Shown piece by piece: positions 47,817 through 61,218 of a stretch of 64,000 nucleotides of DNA. The translations under genes were made by a program, and so were the position numbers. Origin of the DNA: the human T2T-CHM13v2.0 reference genome, Homo sapiens. Within the stretch, counting starts at the first letter, position 1. Each line of letters opens with the position of its first letter. The stretch is from assembly GCF_009914755.1 (NCBI RefSeq), contig NC_060935.1; one strand, written 5' to 3'. The notes beneath the pieces are model-generated. The model was not told the origin of the DNA, did not search any database, and saw only the letters and a list, made by a program, of their open reading frames with translations.

Positions 47817-50129
47817 CTGTAATCCAAACTTCTTTCTCTCCTGACAATATGACGTTCTTGAGTTGCAGACTGCTAAAAACGGCTCTGATTAAGCCCTTTA
47901 AGTGATTCCTGCAGAAGTGGCTCTGACGGTGTTCCATCTGTACCCTCAGAAAGGTCAAGGTGTCACTCGGCTGCTCGAGGGAACTCTGCTTCTGGGCTCC
48001 CAGGTGGTTAATGCCTGTTTGATTAGCTGTAAAACAAAATCCAGAAAATGCCAAGAGGCAAATCTCAATTCACCTTTCAGAATGAAGCTCACTGCCCAGT
48101 CAGAGAAGGGGGTGCGGAGTGGGTGGTGAGATCCACAGCTGTTAAATTCGCAACAGGTAAGCCAGCAAATAGACTCAGTCCTAATGCGGCTGCCCTCATC
48201 TGCTGAACCACCTGAGTCACCTTCACCTTTCTGCTGCTGACTCTTGGCTGGAATGTGGTTCAGTCCTATTTGCTCTGCTTTCCATGCAGCTCTGCCTTCC
48301 ACTTGGGTGCCCACTTCCATTCCAGTCAGCCTCCCCCTTCCCTGCTCCACTGCCGTCCTGTTGCTTTCCTTCCAAGCTCACCTCTACACCCAGGAAGCTG
48401 GTCTCGGTTGCACATCTTCACCTCGCTCCTCTCACAAATGCATCTCACTCCCAAATCTGCTGCAAAACATCAGAACCAAAGAATAATAATAATAATAAAA
48501 ATAGACATACCCAGTGAACGTCCTCCTCCATTGAGCTCCTCCCACCTTCTCTTCTCTATCCCTGCACCACATCTGTGCATACTCCTTCCTAGAAGGCAAA
48601 TGTGGAATATTCTGTCTAGGCTATGCAGAGGGTGGGCTCCTAGGAAGCATCTCCTCATTCACTTCTCTCTTGCACATACCACACACAATGGTTCTAACAC
48701 CATGGTTGTCTTGCTTTCCAACATCCTTTTCATATTATTTTCCAAATCCCAGTGTGGTCCTCCCACGTGCAGCCCTTCATTGAGGAAGACAGCATTACTG
48801 ACCAGACCACAGTCATGACCATAGCATCTGAAATGAGCAACGCCCATCACCCAGTGCTTCCCTCACCCCTCCAGTGTCCATCACTGGGGCAGCATGCCAG
48901 GAATGTTGACCAGGATTTAGAGTGCGGGCCAACCTAATCACTTGCACTGTTCGGCCTCTGCAATGGATACACTTTCCTCTCTCACAGAGCCAATCAGCCA
49001 CCTTCCACCTTTGAGTTCCATCACTTTGCCGGCTTTTTCTCATTCTCTGTGCTCTTCCTCTCATTCCTGGCTCTCCAGGTCCTTTTTCCACCATGACATT
49101 CCTAAAGAGAGGTGCTTGCTGGATGCGAGCTGGCTCTCGCTCTGTTGGTTGATTTTTTTTTTTTTTTTCCCCTGGGCTTGTGTGGACTGGCAGGGCCTGT
49201 TCTCAGATGGAAGGTGTGAAAGTGGCATAAACGGCACATGAGTGCATCTGTTTGTTCCCAGTGACTTCAGGAGAGGCAGAGGTGGGCCAATCAGCCCCAC
49301 TCTCACATATGGCCCCAGCGATTCCAGCCGCAGGAGAGTGGGCCTGCCGCCCACGGACCCGTGTTATCGTCGGGACCCCTAGCTCCCACAGACAGGATGT
49401 GTGTGTTTGTCTGGCTGCATTTCTGCAGGAGCATCTGTCACTCTCCAATATTTCCTTTATCATTGCAGCAAATTATTTAAACACTACCCACTGAACCCCA
49501 TCTGTCACCGCGCCCCATCACTGTCAGGGCCCTGCCTCCCCAGGTCTGCAAAGCAACTCGCTGGCAAAGGCTCTGTGCCAAACAACAGGGCAAATTAAAT
49601 CAAAGCGCGCTCTGGCACCCAGGGGGAAAATGCACATCAGTTTTGACTTATTGCATGAAGCACGCTTACAAGAGAGAAAGCAGCGGCTTTTGTCACTGCA
49701 AGGGGCCATGAGAAATGAATTAGGGCCTCTGCTGAGAGGGCATGGAGGAGAATCTTTCATTCTGAGATGTTGTCCTTTCTCACCTTGCAAGAAGGAAATA
49801 ATAAAAGGAGAACTTGTGGTGGGTCTAAGTGTCTCCAAGCTTTGACACTATCCTGAAGCACTTCTGGGTGTAGAAAGGAAGTGACCAGTTGGAGACAAAA
49901 GGACTTTGAGAGGCTTGGAAATAGCCTGAGTTACATGGTGCCACCAGAGGGTGAGAACTTGAGCAGGTGCAGGTAAGAGCTAACGGCATCTGTCCATCCC
50001 GGGAAGCTGGAGCGGGGAGGGACAGAGGGAAATGCAGGCCTCATCCTCACTCTGCCCTGCAGTGTGGCCTGGGAACTCCTGAAGAAGCCAGCATGACAAG
50101 GGAGCAAAACCAATGTCACCAAACCCTCA

Positions 50130-50335
50130 CTACACACCACTTGCTGGGATAACTCTTCTTCACACTTGATCTCTTTCAATCCCCAGATTCTCATGAGATA
50201 GGAATTATTTTTGCCCATCTTACAGATGAGAAACCTCAAAAAGTTTAAAGCGATTGCTTGCGATCATCCAATTTATGTGTGGCAGGGCCAGGATTCAAAA
50301 CTACATCCATCTGATTTCGAAGCCCATTGCCTCTC
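50130..50335 (-). mobile_element. MIR SINE
   Basis: catgagataggaattatttttgcccatcttacagatgagaaacct...gccaggattcaaa. Confidence 0.75.
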
Positions 50336-51699
50336 TTTATAAAAGAATTTCTCCTCTGTCTCCCTGCTCCCCGTGAGACACAGCTCATTTGTTTTCCTAT
50401 AATGAGGGAGGGGCCTTCGATTTCCTAATAGATTGCTCACCTGCCGTCCTAGTGGAGCTGGCATTTACTGTGGCATTTACTGTGTAGCTGCAGAGCCTTC
50501 CCCACCAGATACATTTGTACTTTGTGACAGCAAGAACACATGGACAGCTGCTGGGGCATTTCTAACACAGCCCTTCTCAGGCAGAGATCTTGGCTGGGGA
50601 CAGCATGACTCCATCCTCCAGGAGAGGACAAGCCATGCGGCATCTCTAATTAGAACCCAGGCTGGAACATTCAGCTTAATGAGCTGGGAGTTGGAAACGC
50701 TCAGCTGGAAACGAGTTGGTCTGGCAGAAAGGACATAGGACTGAGGGACACATTTTCTAAACTCTGTCCTCATCTCAGTTGTTAATCATCTTCTGCTTCT
50801 GTCTATCCATCAGTTGGTTATTAGACTGTGTTATTGTGCATTTGCCTCAAGTTCAGAGTGAACATGCGTTAAATATATTGGACGATGGCTTAAATGGATG
50901 ATTTTTCCTATAGTCTTCTAGGAGGTCGCTCGATGTTGCCAAATACTTGGGCAGTTCTTGGACTGCTGACATATTTTAAATAGGATGTGCCACCCTAAGT
51001 AGTGTCTTTGCTTTTTGCACTCTCTCAAAACTAGGGAAGTCCAGGTCAATTACCATAGTGTTGTGCTTTGCCATAGTGATTTTCTCACCTAGGCTTCTCT
51101 CTATGTATTTCTTGAGAGTTTGGACCCATATAACTTTAGCCGTCTTTTGAAGATTGTTGGCCACAAAAGAGAAAGCGGACAACTCTAGACCTAGGGCCAC
51201 AGTGTCAAGGGACCACTGATCTAAAATGAGCCTTTTGTGTGGCCCACTATTTCCGTTCAACACAAGTAAGCAGGGACACCACGTGGAAAAGAGAATGATG
51301 CTTATGACTTTGTCAAAAATTCATAAGCACATTATTGTAGTGATTGAGTATTCACCTGTAAGATAGTGACAGACATCCTTCGTGTGTGTGACAGTCAAAC
51401 TGAATGTTCAGTTCAATTCAGTCAAAATAGTCCAATTCAGCAAACACCCAATAGTTCTGTTTGGAAGCATCTTCTGTGTTTAATTCCATAAGTTTCCTAT
51501 TTGTGTCCTGCCCCTGATTTAACTGCTAGAAATATTACTCATCTCTTTGTGATTTTAAAGGAAGCATTGACCACCTCCCCTGCCTTGGTTTCTCTGTGAG
51601 TCACTGCTAGATACGGCTGTGGGAGCAGGCTGATGATAGGTAAGAATCATGTATCTAGAATCTCTCTCCCCACAAATATATGACTTTCTAGTAAAATCA

Positions 51700-52233
<534 letters not shown>

Positions 52234-52250
52234 TCAACTAGGACAGTTTT

Positions 52251-52495
52251 TTGTTTTTGTTTGTTTGTTTGTTTGTTTGTTTGTTGAGACGGAGTCTCTC
52301 TCTGTCGCCCAGGCTGTAGTGCAATGGTGTGAGCTTGGCTCACTGCAAACTCCGCCTCCCAGATCAAGCAATTCTCCTGCCTCAGCCTGCCAAGAAGCTG
52401 GGATTACAGGAGTGCACCACCATGCCTAGCTAATTTTTGTATTTTTTGTAGAGACGGGGTTTCACCATGTTGATCAGGCTGGTCTCGAACACCTG
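52251..52495 (-). mobile_element. 5'-truncated AluS with (TTTG)n tail and 16-bp TSD
   Basis: TSD CAACTAGGACAGTTTT at 52235-52250 and 52496-52511; element stops within the left arm. Confidence 0.92.
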
Positions 52496-52774
52496 CAACT
52501 AGGACAGTTTTGAGTAGAATCAGTTGATGAAGGCATTTGCCTGGGTGGCGGGAGCAGGAGAGATGTACCTTAGGAAAACATGGAAACTTTTGTGAATGGG
52601 AAACAAGGGAGGAGGAGGACTAGCATTTAAGTTATTTTGTGACTTTCTAATTAGCAAAGAACTCAGCCTGGCACCAAACTCAAAGCTAAAACCTGGCTGA
52701 AACAGGCAGTCTTTCTTTAGTTACCACGGAAGCCCATGGATGAATCAATGTTAAATCTAAAAAATCACCCAGCC

Positions 52775-52920
52775 TTTTTTTTTTTAAAGATAAGAGAACA
52801 TAAGTTCAGAGAAATTAAGTGAATTTCTCAAAGTCACACAGCTAATTAGTAGCAAAAGTAAGGTTTCCAGACAGTGTAACTATTTTTGTAACAGTCTTTC
52901 CACAGCATCATGCTGTCTCT
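52775..52920 (-). mobile_element. MIR SINE
   Basis: agttcagagaaattaagtgaatttctcaaagtcacacagctaattagtagc. Confidence 0.7.
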
Positions 52921-54884
52921 GAATTACCATGGGAATGTTTATTTTTGCTTTTGCTTGTTCTATTTGTTTTTAAGAAAGTTCTAAACTTTGCTTTGGACAG
53001 AGGTGCTTCAAAATGTGGATGATGTAATTAGAAGTAAGAGAAACCAAAAAATGAATTAAAAAGTCCACAAAAAAATTATTAATATGGCACTCAGTGTTAA
53101 GCTGAAATTCTGGTACAAGCTTGTGTCCTCGGGTTTTGACTTGTCTGTGGTTTGTACAACTAGACTATAAAATATTTCAAAAAATGATTTTATTCACAAT
53201 CTGGCCAAACTGGCTTGTTCTGGCTGAAGAGCTACATCAAAAGAGGGTCACCAGATGGGAAAGCCTTCGTCTCCGGGGCATGGCCTAAAACACAGCTGAA
53301 TTATCCGGTGTTGGCAGTAGAACACCACGGAACCTTCTGTTCAAATGTGCCCTGAACCCATTAAGTCATGAGCCTCAGGCTGGTTTAGAGAGTGGCTTCT
53401 AGGCATCTCGCCTTGTTTTCTCCTGAGCACCACTTGTAGACCTACTTTCTTTAGGAAAGGGAGACAGAGCCGTTGGCAGCTCAGATGTGAAATGGGGTCA
53501 TGGAAAGAGAGCATGCTTAGGAGTCGAAGGATTTGGGCACTGTTGCTGGTTCTCGTTTTAGCTGCACGGTCATGCACATGTCTGTTAGCCTGATGTGAAG
53601 GTGACGCAGGTCACTCATTCCATTTAGGGGTGGCTGGGTGCACTAACCCAGTGTCTTCTTCCTTATCTGTAGAAAAGGTGGGCTTTTTATGGAGATAAGA
53701 ACTCTTTGGCCAAGAGAGTAGAGGTGGCTCCACCTCCCTGCCAGAACTTCCAAACAAGCTCTCAAGGGCCTTAACATGTCACCTCATTTCTCTGAGCCTC
53801 CATTTCCTCATGCTTAAAATCAGGTTGTCTTGAAGCCCACCCCACGGTGGATGGAAAGTACTGCATGGGAATCGCTGGGGCATGTATTGGAATGCCAGTT
53901 ATGAGTGCACCTGGGGGGCACAGACGCACGGCTCACAGCACTGCAGCTTCCTCCTCCCTTTTGCCGTGGTTATAATACTTTGAAGAGCAGGGCATACCAG
54001 TAGGGCATGCACTGGGAAGAGGAAAGATCCTGGTCTTCTTCTTTGTTTAGTCAGAATTGGTTAAATGCAGAACTGGTAGTTCAGACTGCCCATGTTCCAG
54101 ACCTAGTTAGATGGAGGCATTTCTGACATGCCTTTTAAGATTGAAGGCAGAAGCACAGAAGGCCGTGCCAGCACAATGGAAGATAGAATGCTTGTATCTC
54201 ATTGTCTGGAGAATAGATAGGTTGCAGGTTTCAGTAGAATAGGAGCTGCCAGTCAAACCTTTTTAATAGAATGGGAGCAGATAGATTTCAATAAAAGAAA
54301 TGAGTATAAATATTGTGAGTGGAGGAAGGGAGAAAGCAGACAGATCATGTTTGACTAGTCACAGTGGGGAAACTTTGCACGAAGTTTAAACTGAAAACCC
54401 ATAAAGCCAAGGTGGGTGACTGGGTTGAATCCATCGACAGCTGCAGATCCAGGGCTTGCCCCATGGGCATCCATTAAGGAGGCTCCAGCTGGATAAAGAG
54501 CACTCCAAGTCTGTGGTCTTTCCTCAACTCTAAGCCCATCCCAGCCAAGTGCAATGAGCATTCAGCTATCTGTTTTACTGGCATCCTCCACCCCCACCCT
54601 ATACAGAATCCACGGAACCCTGCTGGCATTGTGCCTGTAGCTGGTGCCTTATTAGCCAGGGGGACTCTGAAATAATTCCCCCAGGAGTCTCTCCAGGGCA
54701 GTAGCCCCTTCCACCATAGTCCCAGAGAATTATTTGTTAGCAGCTGCCTGATTTGTCCCCAAATTAGCAAACCAACCACCTACCAAGGCCTTTTGGCTCC
54801 TTCTCCCCACTGCCTCAGGTTCCCAGGATTTCTGTGTATTTTACCCAAGGGTGGGACTTTTGGCCATTTTGTTTGCCACTGGCC

Positions 54885-55252
54885 ACGGTTGACTAAGGCT
54901 GCTATAACAAAATACCATAGATGGAGTGGCTTAAACAACAGACATTTACTTCTCACAGTTTTGCAGGTTGGAAGTTCCAGTCAAGGCACTGACAGATTCA
55001 GTGTCTGGTGGGGGCTCTCTTCTTGACTTGTAAGTTGTTGCCTTCTTGCTGCTTCCTCACATGGCAGGGGGAGAGAGAGAAGGATCATCTCTTTTTTTAT
55101 CTATTCTTACGAGGACTTTAATTCCATTCACGAGGACTCCACCCTCGTAAGCTAATCACCTCCCAAATGCCTCATCTCCTAATACCATCACAATGAGGAT
55201 TAGGTCTTCAACATAGGAATTTTGGAGGAACACAAACATCTACTCCATAGCA
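54885..55252 (-). mobile_element. MLT1A-type MaLR LTR
   Basis: ggctgctataacaaaataccataga...ggcttaaacaacagacatttacttctcacagtt...cctaataccatcaca...ttcaacatag...ccatagca. Confidence 0.85.
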
Positions 55253-56520
55253 TTCTGACCCTGTCATTCCTCCCAAATGTATGTCCTTCTTACATGTGCA
55301 ACACACTTATTCCATCCCAACAGCCTCAAAAGTCTTAACTCGCTCCAGAATGAACTCTAAAGTCCAAAGTCTCATTTAAATATCATCTTAATCAGGTGTG
55401 AGACAAAATTTCTTTGCAGCTGTGAACATGGGAAAACAAGTTATGTATTTCCAAAATACAATAGTGGGACAGGAATGGGGTAGGCATTCCCATTCCAAGG
55501 GGGAGAAATTGAAAAGAAAGAAGGGGCAACGGTTCCCAGGCAAGACTAGACTACAAGGCAAACTCCATGAGATCTTAAGGCTCAAGAATAGTCCTCTTTT
55601 GCTACAGGAATATATCTTCTTTTGTTTGATGCTCTGCCTTCCAGACCCAGTGGGGTGGCAGTCCTGCGCCCACAGTTCTGCAGGGCAGGGTTGCAGCTCC
55701 ATGGCCTTGGGCAGCTCCAACCCCAAGGCTGTTCAAGGGGGCCATCTGGCCTGTTGAAACTGAGGTGATGCTCCCCTGACCTCATATGAAACTTAGGAGG
55801 CTGCCCTGGTGATCTCTGAATCACTTTTTTGGGTCGTTCTTCCCTTGTCTTGAAGAATTGCACACATTCATAGCTGAGTAGTTCTAGGTAAAATCCAAGA
55901 AATCAGACAACCTTCCTTCCTTCTGTTTCCTTCAGTTTAAACCAGAAGTTCTCCTGCTAGGTCAGCTGATTAGCTTGTGGTTCACATCCACGCTGACTTC
56001 CTTATCAAGCAATGAGTCTGCCACGCCCTTAGTGTTCTTTCTTTTCCAAACATGCTTTTACATTTTGTATAATTCGGACCAGCTGAGAATTTTCCAGATC
56101 TTTACGTTCTGGTTCCTTTTTTTTTCCTGAACAATTCCATCTTCAATTCATTTCCCTTTCTCACATGTTATTATTAGCAGTCAAGAGGAATCAAACTGCT
56201 CCCTCAAACACATTGCTTAGAAAGTTCCTAAGCTAAATATCCAGTTTCATCCCTCACAAGCTCTACCTTCCACACAAAACACTGGAACGTGAACAATATT
56301 CAGCAAAGCTCTTTGCAATTTTACAACAAGGATTACCTTTCCTCCAGTTTCTAATAACATGTCCTTTATTTCTGTCTGAAATCTCGTCAGAACGGCTTTT
56401 ACCATTCATATTTCTACCAATATTATGTACACGATTATTTTGGCATTCTCTAAGAAGATGGAAGCTTTCTCTCCAGTTTTCCTGTTTTCTGTTGGAATCT
56501 TCACCAGAATTGCCTTTAGT
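55253..56520 (-). mobile_element. MaLR internal sequence (MLT1A-int-like) contiguous with the LTR
   Basis: attccatcccaacagcctcaaaagtcttaact...aaagtccaaagtctcat...ggcattcccattccaagggggagaaattg...cagcaaagctctttgcaatt. Confidence 0.75.
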
Positions 56521-56524
56521 AGTA

Positions 56525-57090
56525 GACAGGATTCCTACAACGGAATGGCTTGGTCATAGGGCATGTTTATTTTAAATGTTTATATTGCCACCCAGCTTGC
56601 CCTCCATAAAGGCTATGTCAATTAGCAATCTCACCAACAAACAGAAATGTCTATTTTCCCACCCTTTGGCCCATAACAGATACTTTCAATAGTTTACGTT
56701 TCTGCCAGTGTGATAGGCAGGAAATTGCACCTATTTCAATTTTCATATTCCAGTTACTAGGGAAGCTATTGTGCATATTTTTTCATATTTCATATATTTA
56801 TTGGATATTTGTATTTCTTCTGTGAATTGCTTGTCCATATTCTTCATCCATTTTTCTATTGGGTTGTTTATCATTTTGAAAATTGATTTGAAAAAGCAGT
56901 GTATACATTATGGACGTTAACCCTTTTTTATAAAGGTTATAAAGGGTGCAGATATCCCTCCCAGTTATTTTCTTGTCTTTTACTTTATTTTATAGTATCA
57001 TTTGTCATACAACAGTTTTAGATTTGCATGTAATAAAATCTGTCAATCTATTCCTTTATGGCTTTATCATCTCGTGTTTTGCTTAGGCAG
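56525..57090 (-). mobile_element. Old L1M (ME-like) ORF2 3' fragment
   Basis: tatttattggatatttgtatttcttctgtgaattgcttgtccatattcttcatccatttttctattgggttgttt. Confidence 0.75.
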
Positions 57091-57359
57091 GCTTGCATTT
57101 ATACATACACTGTATTGTATATTTGCGTAAACCATCTTAAATCTCTTAAAAATAAAGGCAAGATATAAAGAGATGAATGAATTAAAATAAGAAGAGTTCC
57201 TCCCAGGCATATCACATGTGAAGACAGTGGTATCTTATATTTACATACCACTTTTACTTCCCAAGTATTTTCAACTTTATTATCTCATTACCCAGGCCTT
57301 GCAATGTTTCCGACAGACATAACTGCCAAAGGCAACCTCAAGCAGCTGCTCATGTATTT

Positions 57360-57578
57360 ACCTCTGTTGCCCTCTCATGGAAAGGGCAAGAGCATGGATG
57401 ACAGCTCAAGTCTCCCTTCTCTTCTTATAAAGCTGTGCCTGTCCCACCAGCAGGCCCCACCATAATGACCTTATCTAATCCTAATTGCTTCCCAAAAGCT
57501 CCACCTCCAATCAACATATGAATTTGGGGATGAAGGTTCCACCACATGGAATTTGAAGGACACATTCAAACCATAGTA
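57360..57578 (-). mobile_element. MST/MLT1A-type MaLR LTR fragment
   Basis: tcttcttataaag...atgaccttatctaatcctaattgcttcccaaaagctccacctcc...ggacacattcaaaccatag. Confidence 0.75.
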
Positions 57579-58229
57579 GTAGCTAAGGTGAGAGGATTAG
57601 CTGCATGTGTACCAGCTATGGAGACTTGGAGCAAATAATTTTCACTTTTCTCGTAGTATTGTCTTTTAAATACTGTGGCATTAGAATCTACTCTTAATTT
57701 GTATGGTGGTTCTGTGAATGAAATGGGATTACCCATCTCAAGCATTTTAAACATAAAAATGCTCAAAGAGCCAGATATATTTTTATTAAAAAATAAAAAC
57801 TGGAACAGCTTCTGGCATGGTTGAAAGGAGATGGTTTTGTACGCAAACGTAGGCTTTACTTCTTGTTCTGCCATTTTCCAGCCATGAGATTTTGGGCAAA
57901 TTACTTAAATTTTCTAATACGCTAAAGTTCATTTCTGGTCCAGAGGAGACATCAAATCTTTTCTGAATTCGTTCACCAGAAACAACCCAAACTCTCCCTT
58001 GCCTTCTGAACCTCAAACTGGTAGCAATGTTGTACCAGTTTGGATTCTTCCCTTGCATAAAAACCAGCACTGATGTTAATGTAATCTAAGGGGAATACAT
58101 TGCCAGGAATCTAGGGGCTCATGGAATTTATGAAAAGCTGGGTCAAATGCAGGAAACATGACAGTGAAGGTGGATGGGAAGTAGGGAGCACTGGCATGAT
58201 CATTGTGATGGTGATGATGACACCAACCC

Positions 58230-58430
58230 GTGGCATGCAGTCGTTGTGCATCAGGCACTATTTCAAGCATTTTTTTTATGTATTAACTCATTCATTTCTA
58301 ATAACAACCTGAATGAAGTATGTGCTATTCTTCTCCACGTTTTATAGATGAGAAAACTGAAGCACAGGCAGAGAGGAGTTAAGTAGAAAGCCCAGGGAAA
58401 CACATCCGCAGGTGGCAGAGATGGGATACA
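58230..58430 (-). mobile_element. MIR SINE
   Basis: caggcactatttcaagcatt...attaactcatt...ttttatagatgagaaaactgaagcacag. Confidence 0.75.
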
Positions 58431-58444
58431 CTGTTGGGATTTCC

Positions 58445-58985
58445 CACCTGTCCAGGTTCAGGGTTCCTAGAAGACAGACACTTAAGCCAAAATCATGTCT
58501 GCTACTTCCTTAACACAGGGTGCTGTTCTAGGAGGAAGAATGAGGAAAAACATGAAGCAGGACAGAGCAGGAGGGAGAGCAAGTACAGGGGTGACCTTTC
58601 TGGAGCTGGTTACAGGTTCACAGTAATACACCTGCCTGCCTGGTCTATGGGATGGCTCAGGAGAGTCACAAGAAACAACTGCACTTCAGGACAGTCTTTT
58701 GTGGGAAGGAGGGACAGGGATTGATCACTCCTGGTTGAAGCCCACAGCAAGGGGCATTAACTCTCCGCAAGTCCAGCTGTGTCGCCCAGTCTCCCAGGCA
58801 GCTAGAGCCTCCCTGAGGTGAGTCCAGCTAAGGCACAGGCATAGCCATCTCTCTTGTTGCCAGTGTGGAGTGGGGAGCCCTGGATCTGTCCTAGTAGTGG
58901 CATCTGAGGCCGCCTCATTACAACCTCAGAGCAGTGTGAGCCCTGCTAAGATTGCTGCAGGGAGGGATGAAGCAGAAACTGAGAC
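58445..58985 (-). mobile_element. Probable old ERVL-type LTR (LTR33/LTR16-like)
   Basis: Begins tgtccaggttcagggttcctagaagacagacac, like the antisense 3' end of old ERVL LTRs; extent uncertain. Confidence 0.4.
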
Positions 58986-60049
58986 CCAACCTCTATCTAA
59001 ATATGATTTTACATGAATATAACTCTAGGTAGAGCCAAATAGAAGCCACATGTAATGAGGAGAGGCTTTTAATCTCTTCCTCTGAGACAGTAGCATGATC
59101 TAAGTTTTAAAGACAGAGAACTCAAGAGCTAGAAGGATTATGTGATTTGAATGAGGTTTTATTGCTGTTTAGACATGGTGGTGAGAAAGAGAATCCAAGT
59201 GCCCTAGATCTTCCTGAAGTTTTGATTTTTGTTGATAGCATAGATTTAATATGCTCATAACAGTTTTGGGTCTGGTGGAAGGAGTTTCAGAGAGGAAAAG
59301 CTGTGAATGTGTGTGTAGATGGAATTTGCCTAATTGTTTTAGAACAAGCACATATTGTTGAATAACTTAGTTGACATTTGAACCAGAGAAGGCCATTAAT
59401 AGATTTTGAATGTAAATGTTTTATTTGAAACCAAATGATCTTTATAGAGACTACAAGCATTAGAGGTTGTTAGTCCTCATCAGGGAAAGTTGGCGTATCA
59501 AATCATGACGGAAATAACCAACACTGCAGTTCAAATAGCAGAGGAAAGACGGGAGGGGCCACCCACCATTTATCAACATTTTCATGTGCTAGCACCTTGT
59601 AATAAGGACAAGCAGTATCTTATACATGTCTGCTGTACTCCCTTTCCCTGGAGTAGCTAGATCAAAGGATTTTTCCTCTGAAAAGCTCATTTAGTCTCAT
59701 AGCAAAGATTCAGTAGATGAAAGACTAGAAGTGCAGTCCAGGAGCATAAAATCAATTAACTTAAAAAATACAGTGTAATATATTATAGCTGGTTACTTAG
59801 AGATGCTGCTACTAAAACATTGCAAACATCATCGGAAGACATGCTATCATTTAAATATATACATTCCTCACTCTTTAGTTACATGACTCTCTTTAAATCT
59901 ACTGAAATTTACGTATCTCCCTCCCTCACACTTTCCTTACCCATAGTTGATGGGTTTCAAATCCACACGCAAGCCCTTATCTTGGGTTCTTGGATGATTT
60001 TTTTTTTTTTAATTTTCATTCAGATACCTTTAAAAAAAAAAACTCATGG

Positions 60050-60380
60050 GAGCTGGGTGCATGGCTCACACCTGTAATCCCAACACTTTGGGAGGCCGAG
60101 GTGGGTGGATCACCTGAGGTCAGGAGTTCAAGACCAGCCTGGCTGAAATGGCAAAACCCTGTCTCTACTAAAAATAGAAAAATTATCCGGGCATGGTGGC
60201 AGGTGCCTCTAATCCCAGCTGAGGTGGGAGAATTGCTTGAACTGGGGAGGCAGAGGTTGATGCAGGAGAATCACTTGAACTGGGGAGGCAGATGTTGCAG
60301 CGAGCCGAGATCGCTCCATTGCACTCCAGTCTGGGTGACAGAGCAAGACTCCATCTCAAAAAAAAAAACAAAAAAAACCC
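60050..60380 (+). mobile_element. AluS (Sx/Sq-like) with an internal deletion and a 38-bp tandem duplication
   Basis: gatcacctgaggtcaggagttc; ggagaa...ttgaactggggaggcaga unit occurs twice (60227 and 60265); A tail. Confidence 0.9.
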
Positions 60381-61080
60381 AGAAACCTCATTGAAAAATC
60401 ATATCATATCCATGAAACTTTCTTAATGGAGTGCATATGGGTGTTTTTTTTGCATTCAGGAAATAAACTAATAGAAAGAAATGATAGTCAAACACAACCA
60501 CAAGAACACTGCCTTTCATGTTCCTGTTAGGGACAGGCTCTTAGGAGTCAAGAACTAGATTGTAGAATCCAAGCCCCTGGGTTCATACCTATAATATTAC
60601 CAAATAATGACTTTAACAAATTTTTACTGAATGCTTAAATGTGTAAAGATTTTGCCACTATGGAGCAAGAGTTATGTAAAACTTTCTCCTTACAACATAG
60701 TAGTTAGACCTTAGTTCCAATAAGACTTATATTAAAGGTAGACTTCTAGAATCCCATATTTTTCTTAATAACTACAATTTTTAAGTCATGATGCCTCAGC
60801 CTCACATCTGTGTTGCACTCTGCTAGCTACGTATACACTATTATTTTATTTCAATCTCTATCACAACCATGCAAAGTAGACATCACCCTCCTTTTTCAAA
60901 TGAGGAATTCAGACTCCATGAATAGTTCAGTCAAAATTTCACAACACACATAAAATCATCAAACACCTTCTGCATCTTGTTTTATTTTTGTTTTAGAAGT
61001 TTGGCATACAATCGTGTTTGGTGAGGGAAGAAGCTGCCCATATGTTTAGGTTTGGCTAATGGTTGTGATTACTAATTCAA

Positions 61081-61179
61081 GTGTGTGTGTCTGTGTGTGG
61101 TGTGGATGTGTGGAGTGTGGTCTCCTCTGTGTGTGTGTGTGTGTGTATGTGTGTGTTTGTGGTGTGGGGTCCTTTCTCT

Positions 61180-61214
<35 letters not shown>
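61081..61214 (+). repeat. Compound (TG)n microsatellite ending in a perfect (TG)16
   Basis: Three TG blocks separated by short CT-rich spacers; the last block is 61183-61214. Confidence 0.95.

Positions 61215-61218
<4 letters not shown>

Noticed and set aside
47168-47827. Longest ORF in the track (219 aa, minus strand)
   Set aside because: The K/R/E-rich N-terminus is the reverse complement of the 11-bp pyrimidine repeat and the middle is MER20; no recognisable domain.
50459-50482. Direct repeat TGGCATTTACTG x2 (also caggctaatggg x2 at ~13929)
   Set aside because: Simple local slippage duplications; no spacer structure, not CRISPR-like.
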